IMG/VR virus record: IMGVR_UViG_3300014199_000001
Coordinates: 1 to 37,896 of that record
Length of the DNA: 37,896 nt
Direction: 5' to 3' (one strand)
Origin: a virus
Taxonomy: Duplodnaviria > Caudoviricetes
Part shown: positions 18,084 through 26,425 of the stretch, one piece after another
How the letters are laid out: each line of letters starts with the position of its first letter
Position numbering within the stretch: the first letter of the stretch is position 1
Translations under genes and position numbers: made by a program
The notes under the pieces: model-generated
The model's database searches: none
Seen by the model: the letters and a program-made list of their open reading frames with translations, nothing else
What the model was told of the DNA's origin: nothing

Positions 18084-18908
18084 CTAATCCTTAATCCCCT
18101 CTGCCACGATGCTATATGATCCCCCTACCAGTGTCAATTTGCTATTAACACAATCATAAGTTAACATTGGTAGTTCTCCCTTAGATTCCTCGGAGAAATG
18201 ATGCTCGTATTCACATACTTCGCCATTACTATCGTCTAAGTGGAATTTGTCTGAAGTGTAGCATATAGAAACCACATATCCTATATTAACTATTCTTCTA
18301 TTAGTTCCTTCAATCTCTAATCCCTGATCTCCACCAATTATCTCTAAATTCTGCCCCCCAGCATCACAGCACAACTTCGGCCTATCAACCTTAAAACTAA
18401 TAGTAATCTCACTCTTCCCATCAACCCCTTCAATATCCATCTCAGTCAAATCTCCGAGAGCTACCATCGCTCCATCGAAGGTTTCAACTTCATCAACATC
18501 AATAACCTCTACCGGCTTTCTACCATGAAACTTCTCTGACATCTCCTCAACATCTGAAATATCATCCCCATCTGGGTTATACATCCTACCTTTAGTCTCT
18601 CTAAAACTAGTCCACCCTTTTCTCCATGCCGCCCCTTCACTATTAAACGGCCCCACTTCTCCCATCACACTCTTAAACCACCACTTACCATCTCTCTGAA
18701 ACACACTAGGATTAGATTTACGCCTCCCCGCCAACTCCCTCGCAAACCTGCTCCTAACCCCTTTCGGAGTTGCCTTTATCATCTCTTCTGCAATATGCTG
18801 GCTAATCCCCTTCACCCTCGCTGCCCCACTAGCCACAGCTTGCATCAATCCATACTGACTCGTACTAGTTGTGGGATTAACCTGTCTACCATATCTTTTA
18901 GATGACAT
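18084..18908 (-). CDS. NP-motif protein with basic N-terminal segments and an acidic, internally duplicated C-terminal domain
   Basis: RQVNP, RRKSNP, RMYNP; RPKLCCD..NLEIIGG resembles LPMLTYD..KLTLVGG. Confidence 0.65.
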   Translation of the reverse strand: MSSKRYGRQVNPTTSTSQYGLMQAVASGAARVKGISQHIAEEMIKATPKGVRSRFARELAGRRKSNPSVFQRDGKWWFKSVMGEVGPFNSEGAAWRKGWTSFRETKGRMYNPDGDDISDVEEMSEKFHGRKPVEVIDVDEVETFDGAMVALGDLTEMDIEGVDGKSEITISFKVDRPKLCCDAGGQNLEIIGGDQGLEIEGTNRRIVNIGYVVSICYTSDKFHLDDSNGEVCEYEHHFSEESKGELPMLTYDCVNSKLTLVGGSYSIVAEGIKD

Positions 18909-18918
18909 AACCTAACCT

Positions 18919-19377
18919 CTAACTTACTAACATTGCTACTAGCCCCATCCCCAACGCCGCTAGCGCAACCGTTGTAATAGTCCCCGCATCTATTCCAGTT
19001 CCGCTATCATCTGTACTCGCACTCTGCACACCCAAACTACTCAATAACGAATCCGCCCCAATTCCCACTTGACTAACCAAATAATTCAAATAATTACTCG
19101 TATCATTCTCCGTAGGCGGTGCATACGTATATATAAAACTCCTCAGTGTTGCCCCACTTGCCATTGCATTTTCGATATAACTTTGTAAAGCCGCCCATCC
19201 ATCCTCAGGAGTAGCGAATGTAGCAAAAGTGCCACTCGCAGTACTCTCTGATCCAACTTCCGTTGGAGCATACCGTAAGTTCCCCGGATTATTATTCCTT
19301 TGTGCGATGCTGCCACTAACATTAAACCCCTCCATCTGTGCAATTGCATCCATCAAACTCTGCATATCACTAGCCAT
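18919..19377 (-). CDS. Membrane-anchored lysozyme-like (NNPGNLR family) virion peptidoglycan hydrolase
   Basis: AIAQMEG, RNNNPGNLR, FATPEDGWAAL, YAPPTENDTSNY; C-terminal TM. Confidence 0.75.
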   Translation of the reverse strand: MASDMQSLMDAIAQMEGFNVSGSIAQRNNNPGNLRYAPTEVGSESTASGTFATFATPEDGWAALQSYIENAMASGATLRSFIYTYAPPTENDTSNYLNYLVSQVGIGADSLLSSLGVQSASTDDSGTGIDAGTITTVALAALGMGLVAMLVS

Positions 19378-19379
19378 AA

Positions 19380-19616
19380 TTAACTCCCTCCTTTCCCCCT
19401 CAACGCCTCCAACAAATTCCTATCTTTAATCTCCTTAATCATTGGGCAGTCACCTTTAGTACATGTCTTAAACCATTCCAAAATCAAATCTTGACTAGCC
19501 TCAATCTTAGTCAACCTATTTCCCAACCCAGCATACGCACCAAATACCGATATCAGCAGTGATATACACAACAGTATATCCCCCGCAGTTAGTCTACCTT
19601 CAAATAGTAGGTGCAT
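19380..19616 (-). CDS. Small membrane protein (TM plus coiled coil)
   Basis: N-terminal TM followed by RLTKIEASQ. Confidence 0.6.
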   Translation of the reverse strand: MHLLFEGRLTAGDILLCISLLISVFGAYAGLGNRLTKIEASQDLILEWFKTCTKGDCPMIKEIKDRNLLEALRGKGGS

Positions 19617-19625
19617 TAGATTAGC

Positions 19626-20048
19626 CTATGCCGTTGCCAGACTAGCCTCTAACTGTTTTTCCCGCTGCCTATACTTCGCTGCCTTACTACGTTTTCTATT
19701 CCTACTCCCTGCTTCCCATCTATACTTATGCTGCTTTGCTTGATGCACACTAGAGTAAACCATATAAGCCCCAATCACTCCCGCAATCAACTCAGGTACC
19801 CCCCATGTGCTAGGATCTCCACTAAACAATCCAGTACCAAGCAACCCAGTTCCATCAAACGATAATGTCCCCATCCCAAATGGCTTCGTAATATTTACTC
19901 CCTGTACCCCACTCGCCAATGCCGCCTTCTCCATTGCGATAAGTGGGTTATTATCTCCCCACGTGCTAGGTACAGTCATATTATTCTGCAACCCCAAACT
20001 ATGAGGACTCGAACTAACCTTAAATGTATTATCTGCCTGCGCGAACAT
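19626..20048 (-). CDS. Membrane protein with GMG motif, TM and basic tail
   Basis: Likely ATG 20048; PFGMG; LIAGVIGAYMVY; R/K-rich C-terminus. Confidence 0.6.
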   Translation of the reverse strand: MFAQADNTFKVSSSPHSLGLQNNMTVPSTWGDNNPLIAMEKAALASGVQGVNITKPFGMGTLSFDGTGLLGTGLFSGDPSTWGVPELIAGVIGAYMVYSSVHQAKQHKYRWEAGSRNRKRSKAAKYRQREKQLEASLATA

Positions 20049-20049
20049 A

Positions 20050-20421
20050 CTATTTCCCTTTCCCGCCCACCAAAACCCCAATAGCTACAATCCCCCCTAC
20101 TCCAATCAATATCACTTCCCACCACGGCAACCCAGTAGTAGGTTCCGGCGTATCCAGTGATTGAAAAAAATCCGCATTCTGTTGCTGCGTGGATGCCATT
20201 TGAGCATTAGTTATAGCCTGCACTGTGTCACTAGCTGCCTGCCCGCTCGTCGGTACCGCAGGTATAGCCTGCCCACCTACTGTCGATTCCACCGTCGCAG
20301 GCATTGGGGGAGACGTAAATGTTAATCCCTCAAAAGCATCCCACAATTTATCCCAAATGATAGTAGCAAAAGCCTCATTCTCTTCAAATAGCGTACTATC
20401 CCCCAACCCTCTCGCTATCAT
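20050..20421 (-). CDS. RGLG-motif protein with C-terminal TM anchor
   Basis: MIARGLGD...WWEVILIGVGGIVAIGVLVGGKGK. Confidence 0.7.
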   Translation of the reverse strand: MIARGLGDSTLFEENEAFATIIWDKLWDAFEGLTFTSPPMPATVESTVGGQAIPAVPTSGQAASDTVQAITNAQMASTQQQNADFFQSLDTPEPTTGLPWWEVILIGVGGIVAIGVLVGGKGK

Positions 20422-20423
20422 AA

Positions 20424-20687
20424 CTATCCTTTTGGCTGCTGACCCATATTTGCCTGAATCAGATTCAATATCACCTTCGCTTCAGTAGGCAATTCCAACC
20501 CACTAATTCCCCTTACCACTGCCTCATGTACATGTGGCTTAACCGCGTCCCATATTCCACTAACCTCAAACTTAGCTTCCGCCAATCTAGCCATTTGCTC
20601 CGCAAACTTATACGCCAGTACATCCACTCTTCCCAGCGCTGGGGCAGTATTCAAATCAACTACCTGTCTACTAACCTTATTTGTCAT
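20424..20687 (-). CDS. Hypothetical protein
   Basis: ORF track 20424..20714; likely ATG 20687. Confidence 0.55.
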   Translation of the reverse strand: MTNKVSRQVVDLNTAPALGRVDVLAYKFAEQMARLAEAKFEVSGIWDAVKPHVHEAVVRGISGLELPTEAKVILNLIQANMGQQPKG

Positions 20688-20925
20688 AATCCTTACTAGC
20701 CAACAACCCCACACCCAACAAACTCGCCAGCGTTGCCAGTTGCGTCTGCGTACTCATCAACTTATGCACCATATCCGGTGGTGCCCATATAATCGCCACT
20801 GCCAATGCGCAACTAATAATTCCAAAGGTGTTAGTTTTCCAGTTACTCTTATTCATAGTATTTATCGCCTTCTGTATCTTGCCCGCTAACTCCTCAGTCT
20901 TAATTAACTTAAATGGACTTACCAT
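20677..20925 (-). CDS. Small two-TM holin-like protein
   Basis: NWKTNTFGIISCALAVAIIW ... LASLLGVGLLASKD. Confidence 0.5.
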   Translation of the reverse strand: MVSPFKLIKTEELAGKIQKAINTMNKSNWKTNTFGIISCALAVAIIWAPPDMVHKLMSTQTQLATLASLLGVGLLASKDYDK

Positions 20926-20926
20926 C

Positions 20927-21373
20927 TTATAACCCCTTCAATGTCTTATAAATCCCAACCCATCCATAAATAGCATTCTGCGCTTGCCCCAATGTCAACA
21001 ACCCGCCGCATACTTGCTTATGTAGCCAATTCTCTACTACGTCTTTCTCTCTAGCCCCAAAGTATCCCGCTTGCCCCTTATAATATTGTGGCCACAGATT
21101 CCTAATATCGTTGCTCCCGCCAATCTCCAATGATATAAAATGATCTATCTCAACATCCTTAGCCAAATCCGCCAACGGCACCCCATACTTTTGCGCTACC
21201 TTTCTTCTAACATCCTCCGTAACTGCCCTAACCGTCGCGGTATACCCACTCTTACAAATAGTCTCTCCAATATTAGCTTGCGTTACACTCGTATCCACTG
21301 CCCCCGGTGTCAACTTAGGATTTGGCATCATTGCATGAGACGCAACAACCAAAAATAATATCAAACTAGTCAT
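20927..21373 (-). CDS. Secreted HNH-family nuclease
   Basis: Signal peptide MTSLILFLVVASHA; PKLTPG, EIDHFISLEIGGSNDIRNLWPQ, KDxxExxLxxxVC. Confidence 0.75.
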   Translation of the reverse strand: MTSLILFLVVASHAMMPNPKLTPGAVDTSVTQANIGETICKSGYTATVRAVTEDVRRKVAQKYGVPLADLAKDVEIDHFISLEIGGSNDIRNLWPQYYKGQAGYFGAREKDVVENWLHKQVCGGLLTLGQAQNAIYGWVGIYKTLKGL

Positions 21374-21924
21374 TAGAATGTCTTTCTAAACTCCAACCCA
21401 TAAGTCGGCTTAACTTCATTCGCCGTAATCGCCACATACATAAACTGCGCCACCACTGGCATGTGAAACGCCTTCTTACTCAGTACATACCCCGCATCAT
21501 AACTAACCTCCACTCCTCCCGCAAACATTGCACTAGTCGCAGTCCCTGTAGCTGTGGCAGCTGTAGTTACTCCTATCATTCCCTTACCAATAAAAGCCCA
21601 ATTCCCACTATGCGCCACATGATATTCCAGTGCCTCCCTCAGCGTGGCAAACCCCTGATTCAACCCTACCGCTGTATCAATGTTAGTTACCAAAAACGCA
21701 TTACTACATGCCCCTGTCTTAATCCCAAATCCCGTAGTAACTGCTGGCAACTGTCCATAGAAATCATATGTCATCCCGCCCAACGCAAAATATGTAAAAG
21801 GTGGCGTTGCGTTAGCTGCGCATGTAGTAACCGGCGTAGTAGGGGTGGTAGTGGTGGTAGTTGTAGGAGTTTGCCCCAATATCCCCACCACCATCATCAA
21901 TCCCGCAATAATAACTTTCTTCAT
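21373..21924 (-). CDS. Putative outer-membrane beta-barrel protein
   Basis: MKKVIIAGLMMVVGILG|Q, Thr-rich linker, alternating amphipathic strands, C-terminal TYGLEFRKTF. Confidence 0.6.
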   Translation of the reverse strand: MKKVIIAGLMMVVGILGQTPTTTTTTTPTTPVTTCAANATPPFTYFALGGMTYDFYGQLPAVTTGFGIKTGACSNAFLVTNIDTAVGLNQGFATLREALEYHVAHSGNWAFIGKGMIGVTTAATATGTATSAMFAGGVEVSYDAGYVLSKKAFHMPVVAQFMYVAITANEVKPTYGLEFRKTF

Positions 21925-21928
21925 CTCA

Positions 21929-22240
21929 CTAAACCCCCTTCACCAGCGACAACCCAATTATCCCACCTATTGCCAACAATGGCCAGTTATTCTCTAACCA
22001 CACCAATCCCTGATTAGTAGTTGCTACTGGCTGGGCCGCCGCTGCCGCTGCTGCATTTTCCCATTGACTTAACACCGCTGCCGAATAACTATCCAAAGTA
22101 GAATAATCTGCTGGATTTATCGGTCCTACAAACCCCGCTGGCACCGGAGGATTATATGCCAAGTCACTACTAACATCAATATCTCCAATCCCCCTGCCAT
22201 AATGTCCCTGCTTACCATTCTCCCAATAAGGTCTAGGCAT
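21929..22240 (-). CDS. RGIG-motif protein with C-terminal TM anchor
   Basis: YGRGIGD; WPLLAIGGIIGLSLVKGV. Confidence 0.7.
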   Translation of the reverse strand: MPRPYWENGKQGHYGRGIGDIDVSSDLAYNPPVPAGFVGPINPADYSTLDSYSAAVLSQWENAAAAAAAQPVATTNQGLVWLENNWPLLAIGGIIGLSLVKGV

Positions 22241-22242
22241 AA

Positions 22243-22773
22243 CTAACTCCCTATCTTAACAATCCGTTTCTCATATCCCGTCGGTATTAAATTCTGTCTA
22301 AATGGCGTCCCCTGCGGATTAGCATAAGGGTTAACACGATTAGCAATAACTCCCAACCCAAAATTGTTATACCCAAACCCACTAAACCCCGCTGCCTGCA
22401 TAGCAGTCCACCAATCTTGAATAGAACACAAATACCCTACCGGCTGCTGTGCCCCATTCACCGCTAATCCTGCTGGTCCTGGTATCCCTCTAACCGCAGC
22501 ATAATAGTAATTCCACACACTAACTGTCTGCAAGCTAGTTGGATCTGTCCTACCTGCTTGTGCCGCAGCCGCAACTAGCGCCAATGTATTAGTCGTGCTA
22601 GATACACTCGTAGCTGTACTCGCTTGGGGACTAGTCGTTGCAGCCGTAGTTGTAGCCGCAGTAGTATTTATCCCTAACACACTCTCTATCATACTCAGTG
22701 GATTAATTCCCAAAATCTCCAATATCACATATCCCCCACCCAATATCATCAACCAATCCGTAATTGTACCCAT
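22243..22773 (-). CDS. Membrane protein with N-terminal TM and C-terminal GFG/GLG motifs
   Basis: WLMILGGGYVILEILG; Thr/Ala linker; FSGFG, NFGLG. Confidence 0.65.
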   Translation of the reverse strand: MGTITDWLMILGGGYVILEILGINPLSMIESVLGINTTAATTTAATTSPQASTATSVSSTTNTLALVAAAAQAGRTDPTSLQTVSVWNYYYAAVRGIPGPAGLAVNGAQQPVGYLCSIQDWWTAMQAAGFSGFGYNNFGLGVIANRVNPYANPQGTPFRQNLIPTGYEKRIVKIGS

Positions 22774-22776
22774 AAC

Positions 22777-23862
22777 TTAACCTCTCCTGCCTTTATGTTG
22801 CCCACTCATCATAAAATATAGTGCCACTGCTGGAATAGAAACCAATCCCGCTATCTGCACGAAATCCCCACTACTAAATACCCCGCTCCAACTACTAGGA
22901 CTAAACAGTGCCTCAACTCCTGTCATAAAATCACTAAATGGATCACTACTAGGCGTAGTTGGGGTAGTTGTTACCGCAGCCGCACCCGCAGTCAAAGCAT
23001 TTACACTAGTACTAGTGCTTGCCCCAGTCTGTGCTGCAACCGTGCTACTTTGCGTAGTTGTATTCGCTGCAACAATACTAAACGACACATTCCCTACAAT
23101 ATCCCCACCTACTATCCATTGTTCTGTCCAATCCCCTATCTCATCAACCGTACACGTTCCACTCAAGCTAAAATTCCCATTCGCATTGGTGGTACCAACA
23201 TTTATATTCCCTACAACCCCATTCATTCCCCCACTAACTACCACCGCCGAATTAGCTTGAGCATTAGTGATACTTGCTGCCCAAGTATCCCCTACCTGCA
23301 TAGGATTCTCAAGCACACTAAATGTGAAATTGGGATTACTAGTTGTAGGCACAGGCGTGTTAGTTCCACCGTTAGTAACTGGGGATGCAGTCGTTGTTAT
23401 AGGATTCGCCGCCGTAGCTTGAGCCGCAACTACCGATGACTGTGTTACAGCTGGTACAACTGGACTAGGAGCAACTCCTGCTGCATATGCCTGCCCTGCT
23501 GCACTAACTGGTACCCCACTAGCAATAGCTTGCGCTACAACGGATGGAGGTACAACCGTGGTATTAGCATTTATCGTAAATGCCAATGTTCCTACTTGTA
23601 CACCCCCAACCATCCATATCTCATTCCAGCTACCAATCTGAGAATTAGTACACGTCCCACTAATCCCAAAGTTCCCATTTGAATCGGTAGTCCCAACATT
23701 AGCAAACCCACCGCCATTATTATTAACAGTAACAGGCGCATTCGGTGTAGCCCCAGTAATACTTACAATCCATTCATCCCCAACTTCCATAGGATTGCGC
23801 GGTAATGAATACCAAAAACTAGCCGTTGCCCCCATTCCTCTACTACGTCTTGGATATCTCAT
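22777..23862 (-). CDS. RGMG-motif protein with two tandem Ig-like repeats and C-terminal TM
   Basis: RSRGMG; two copies of NPMxVGDxW...NVGTTxxNGNFxxSGTCT...IGxWxExWxVGG; C-terminal TM. Confidence 0.75.
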   Translation of the reverse strand: MRYPRRSRGMGATASFWYSLPRNPMEVGDEWIVSITGATPNAPVTVNNNGGGFANVGTTDSNGNFGISGTCTNSQIGSWNEIWMVGGVQVGTLAFTINANTTVVPPSVVAQAIASGVPVSAAGQAYAAGVAPSPVVPAVTQSSVVAAQATAANPITTTASPVTNGGTNTPVPTTSNPNFTFSVLENPMQVGDTWAASITNAQANSAVVVSGGMNGVVGNINVGTTNANGNFSLSGTCTVDEIGDWTEQWIVGGDIVGNVSFSIVAANTTTQSSTVAAQTGASTSTSVNALTAGAAAVTTTPTTPSSDPFSDFMTGVEALFSPSSWSGVFSSGDFVQIAGLVSIPAVALYFMMSGQHKGRRG

Positions 23863-23863
23863 A

Positions 23864-24439
23864 TTAACTCTTGCTCAATAAACTTATTGCCCCAACAACT
23901 GCTATCGCTCCCCCTACCATCAACGCTCCATCACTCCCAAACAACCCCGTCAAGGTCCCGCTTACTGTTCCCGCATCAATTGGCGTTACATCCGCAATAG
24001 GATCATAATATAATGCGAACCAATCTAACTTCCCTCCGCGTTGCCTATCACTAATCCCAGTCGTTCCCGCAGACCCTAACGCCGGATTACTAAGTAAACT
24101 TACTGTCTGCGCCCATACTTGATTAAACACCGTCTCCGCTGCCTGCTGATTAGCAATTGTTTGTGGCTCACTATCCCACTGCGCTAAATTTTGCTTTAAA
24201 TAAACCTCTTCTTGATTTACATCCTGCGTAGCTTGTATCTTTTGTGTATCCGGCGCAAATAGGCTATTAAAAGCCATTCCCAATAACCCAATCGCGCCAC
24301 CTATCGCTGCTCCTATCGGCCCACCAATAGCTCCCACCGCCACTAATGCCCCCACCGTGGAACTTCCAGCTATGGCTACACCACTAGTTACAGCCTGCCC
24401 AGTTGTTAATCCCAATCCTCGATTGGACTCGCCAATCAT
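23864..24439 (-). CDS. RGLG-motif membrane protein with glycine-zipper helix
   Basis: SNRGLG; GAIGGPIGAAIGGAIGLLG; C-terminal TM. Confidence 0.7.
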   Translation of the reverse strand: MIGESNRGLGLTTGQAVTSGVAIAGSSTVGALVAVGAIGGPIGAAIGGAIGLLGMAFNSLFAPDTQKIQATQDVNQEEVYLKQNLAQWDSEPQTIANQQAAETVFNQVWAQTVSLLSNPALGSAGTTGISDRQRGGKLDWFALYYDPIADVTPIDAGTVSGTLTGLFGSDGALMVGGAIAVVGAISLLSKS

Positions 24440-24447
24440 ATAAATCC

Positions 24448-25095
24448 TTAGTGATGCGACATTCCACTAAACAGCACAAGTGCCAGCCCACCAATAAGTA
24501 ACAACGGTAGCATAGAACTCAAACTAGCACTCAATGCACTCGTGCTAAACGCATTACTAGTAGACCCAGTAGGCAGCGTATAAGTTGTAGTCCCATACGC
24601 ATTCGTACTCACATATTGCCCTGGATTAGTTTGTGGCACTGCATACCGCGTCCCCAGTACCTTAGCCGCCGCACTAATCCCACTATTCAACGCTGCCACT
24701 AGTCCCTGATCTATTGCACTAGGGCTACTAGATCCCTGATTACTTCCACCCCCTGAACTTCCACCATTAGCTCCACTCCCATTAGTATTTGCATCAATCC
24801 CCGCTAGAATTGATCCAAATGAGGGACTAGCATACAAGTTAGTAGAACTATTAACTCCCGACGATGGATTCCCATTAGCAGCTACAGGACTAGTATAATT
24901 CGATAGGCTATCATAATTATCATACTCATCTAAATCTTGTCCTAATCCCCTTGCATTATTCCCAAACCTATTAATCGGTATAGGCAGTGTCCCATCATCC
25001 TGCGATAGTGCATAGTCTCCACCCATTCCTTTACCCGTCAAACTAGTAGGTATAAATGGCGAACCGTCATCCTGATATAATCCGTAGTCTCCCAT
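24448..25095 (-). CDS. Low-complexity GMG/GLG-motif protein with C-terminal TM
   Basis: ATG 25095 (AAGGAG); GDYGLYQDDG/GDYALSQDDG repeat; KGMGG, RGLGQ; MLPLLLIGGLALVLF. Confidence 0.7.
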   Translation of the reverse strand: MGDYGLYQDDGSPFIPTSLTGKGMGGDYALSQDDGTLPIPINRFGNNARGLGQDLDEYDNYDSLSNYTSPVAANGNPSSGVNSSTNLYASPSFGSILAGIDANTNGSGANGGSSGGGSNQGSSSPSAIDQGLVAALNSGISAAAKVLGTRYAVPQTNPGQYVSTNAYGTTTYTLPTGSTSNAFSTSALSASLSSMLPLLLIGGLALVLFSGMSHH

Positions 25096-25198
25096 ATATC
25101 TCTCCTTCAATATCCTAATTGAGCGTATGTTATTGTGCCGCTTACTGTACCAGTAGCCGCTGTAACACAAACATAATTACTCGTTTCAAATAAATCCC

Positions 25199-26425
25199 CT
25201 AATAAGGTAAAGTTGTATAACTTATCATTCCTGTTACGGCTGCTGCACTAGTTGTAAGACACCAATCATTTCTAAACCCCGTAAATTGAGCATTACTAAA
25301 TTCCGTAATGGAACCTAGTCCACTACCCAAATTTACAGACTGCGGCGTAGTCGATGTAAATTGCCACTTACCCAAATTTATAATTGGATTATCGCATGCT
25401 GTGACATTTGTTCCTCCAACTAGCAGAGTTACTGTAGTAGCTGCCACGGGTTGTAATGATATTGCACAAATATGTACAACCCCCGTAAGTGTTGCCTCAC
25501 TAGGTAAAATAGCCCCAGTGCCACTAGCCACGTTAATAATAGAAGAGCTATCACACTGCACAATAGGCATACTCCCTAATGTGGTGCTTGTTGCGGGCAA
25601 CCCAGTAGTATTAGTTCCTACATAATCCATTGTTACCGCGCAATCAGAGGGGGTACCCGCCAACCGAGTAGTGACTATTTCAAGTGTACTATATAATCCA
25701 TATCCAAAAACTTGACTATCATATCCTGAAGTAGCACTAGCGCTATTACCATTTATAGTGATAGACGCAATCGTTTGCAACGCGCCGCCCCCTATAGCAT
25801 TAGTGGTCCCTAACAAACTTATCTGATAACCATCTGTACTCACACAACTTTTAGCTGGGGCATTATTCACCGCCGCAATAGATAATGCATGAGTAGTTTG
25901 CCCATAGTTACTAACGTAAATAGGTGAGCTACTACCCGTGGCAGGCATTACCGTAGCATTATAAACATGTTGTACTGTAAATTGCCCAATTTGAGTGGTT
26001 CCTCCTGCGGTATTAAGACTCCCCATGTACGTAGCAGACGCCACACAGTTTGTGGTATCAAATGAAATAAGATTGAATCTCACATATGGATATGCGCCAG
26101 AGCCAACATACGTAATACTAGTTTGCCCATTGATGGGCCCTTGGGGGTACCCGAATGCTACCCAAGTAGCGTTATCAGAGGAAAATTCTAACTGTCCTAC
26201 AGTGTTAATTGCAGGCGAACAAATCTTGGTCGGGGCATTCAACATCTTTAATACAACTTGATGCCCAGTCTGCCCAATATTGAGTACACTACTAGTAGCC
26301 GTGGCAGAACTAACAGTATTAAACAAAGCTACGTACACACTATTACTCACACTCCCACTCTGAGCAAACAAACACTCAATGAGCCCGCCCACTATTACAA
26401 CTGGTAGTATCTTCTTAATTAACAT
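25199..26425 (-). CDS. Signal-peptide-bearing beta protein with tandem repeat domains (virion surface candidate)
   Basis: MLIKKILPVVIVGGLIECLFA|Q; repeats NIGQTGH..NAPTKIC and NYGQTTH..NAPAKSC. Confidence 0.7.
   Translation of the reverse strand: MLIKKILPVVIVGGLIECLFAQSGSVSNSVYVALFNTVSSATATSSVLNIGQTGHQVVLKMLNAPTKICSPAINTVGQLEFSSDNATWVAFGYPQGPINGQTSITYVGSGAYPYVRFNLISFDTTNCVASATYMGSLNTAGGTTQIGQFTVQHVYNATVMPATGSSSPIYVSNYGQTTHALSIAAVNNAPAKSCVSTDGYQISLLGTTNAIGGGALQTIASITINGNSASATSGYDSQVFGYGLYSTLEIVTTRLAGTPSDCAVTMDYVGTNTTGLPATSTTLGSMPIVQCDSSSIINVASGTGAILPSEATLTGVVHICAISLQPVAATTVTLLVGGTNVTACDNPIINLGKWQFTSTTPQSVNLGSGLGSITEFSNAQFTGFRNDWCLTTSAAAVTGMISYTTLPY

Noticed and set aside
20050-24439. RG|L/M motifs as type IV prepilin cleavage sites
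   Set aside because: Most are followed by polar or acidic residues, with no hydrophobic helix or Glu+5
9210-26261. Numerous + strand ORFs over the virion operon (e.g. 15505..16020, 21463..22017)
   Set aside because: Antisense shadows of well-supported - strand genes, with no RBS or motifs
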